Position numbers and translations under genes: made by a program. DNA of 25,945 bases from a virus (Duplodnaviria > Caudoviricetes), in the IMG/VR virus record IMGVR_UViG_3300020045_014203, positions 1 to 25,945 of that record. The stretch is one strand, 5' to 3'. Shown one piece after another: positions 25,532-25,945 of this stretch. How positions within the stretch are numbered: position 1 is the first letter of the stretch; every line of letters begins with the position of its first letter. The notes beneath the pieces were generated by a model, which had not been told where the DNA came from, did no database searches, and saw nothing but the letters and a program-made list of their open reading frames with translations.

Positions 25532-25681
25532 TTAAATACCTTTTACAATTAAATAAAGCACCAGGGCGAATAAAAAAGCGTTGCAAGAAATTCTTATGGC
25601 GCGTTCCATTTGGCGTTCGCGGTTAGTTGCCTCGATTGCGTCAAGTAAGTCAAGATAGTCGTAGAGTTCCTATTCTGTCAT
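25532..25681 (-). pseudogene. Small membrane-protein gene with in-frame TAG at codon 4
   Basis: GGGGAG RBS, then MTE*ELYDYLDLLDAIEATNRERQMERAIRISCNAFLFALVLYLIVKGI*. Confidence 0.55.
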
Positions 25682-25685
25682 TTTT

Positions 25686-25904
25686 TTAGTCTCCCCTGTT
25701 TATTAATTGCTTTGCCAGGTATTGCCAATTTATTTCAGTCAATCGCGACTGAGTGACTTTTTTACAGCTTGTCAGATCGGTAATTTCGCAGCACAGTATT
25801 TGCCGGATTGCGTATGCCAACGTTGATTTGGCGGCCGCCTTCCGCTCTCGTTCAGTATTTTTCCTTGGCTTATACCGCTCAGCCTTACTAAATCCCCCAG
25901 GCAT
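25686..25904 (-). CDS. Hypothetical basic protein (72 aa)
   Basis: GGAGG RBS upstream; co-oriented with the block. Confidence 0.6.
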   Translation of the reverse strand: MPGGFSKAERYKPRKNTERERKAAAKSTLAYAIRQILCCEITDLTSCKKVTQSRLTEINWQYLAKQLINRGD

Positions 25905-25945
25905 TTGCCGCGTCCTCCAGGCCTTATCGCCTGCGATACGAGTAC

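Noticed and set aside
24972-25586. 204-aa ORF as a single gene
   Set aside because: A clear RBS and ATG occur only at 25190; the upstream part crosses the repeat array and another gene.
1-25945. Genome-wide TAG recoding (code 15), suggested by the amber at 25670
   Set aside because: Long genes are intact under code 11, and TAG ends several genes (10023, 12805, 13062, 18362, 23616) right before the next start or a terminator region.

Overview
About 26 kb of a tailed dsDNA phage or prophage with siphovirus-type morphogenesis genes (no tail sheath gene seen). Positions 1-18362 (+) run in this order: terminase large subunit C-terminus, SPP1-like portal, scaffold, HK97-fold major capsid, four head-tail/neck genes, tail tube with C-terminal Ig-like domain, tail chaperone with a -1 frameshift (gpG/gpGT), tape measure, tail-tip genes, holin-like gene and an NlpC/P60 lysin. 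Positions 19366-25904 (-) hold an early/replication-type block: a SWIM-finger + DinG/XPD-family helicase, small Cys-rich proteins, a ribbon-helix-helix protein and hypotheticals. Unusual points: (1) the late region is broken twice by the same cassette (bidirectional terminator, small antisense ORF, divergent promoters); (2) an intergenic G-quadruplex plus GCGAAGC mini-hairpin element follows the capsid gene; (3) one tail gene appears circularly permuted; (4) there is a stand-alone ~120-nt transcription unit (sRNA or 20-aa peptide); (5) a dense GTATAC palindrome array; (6) an amber-interrupted small membrane-protein gene. No integrase, tRNA, rRNA, CRISPR array or reverse transcriptase was seen. 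All product calls come from motif recognition and synteny, not from database searches.
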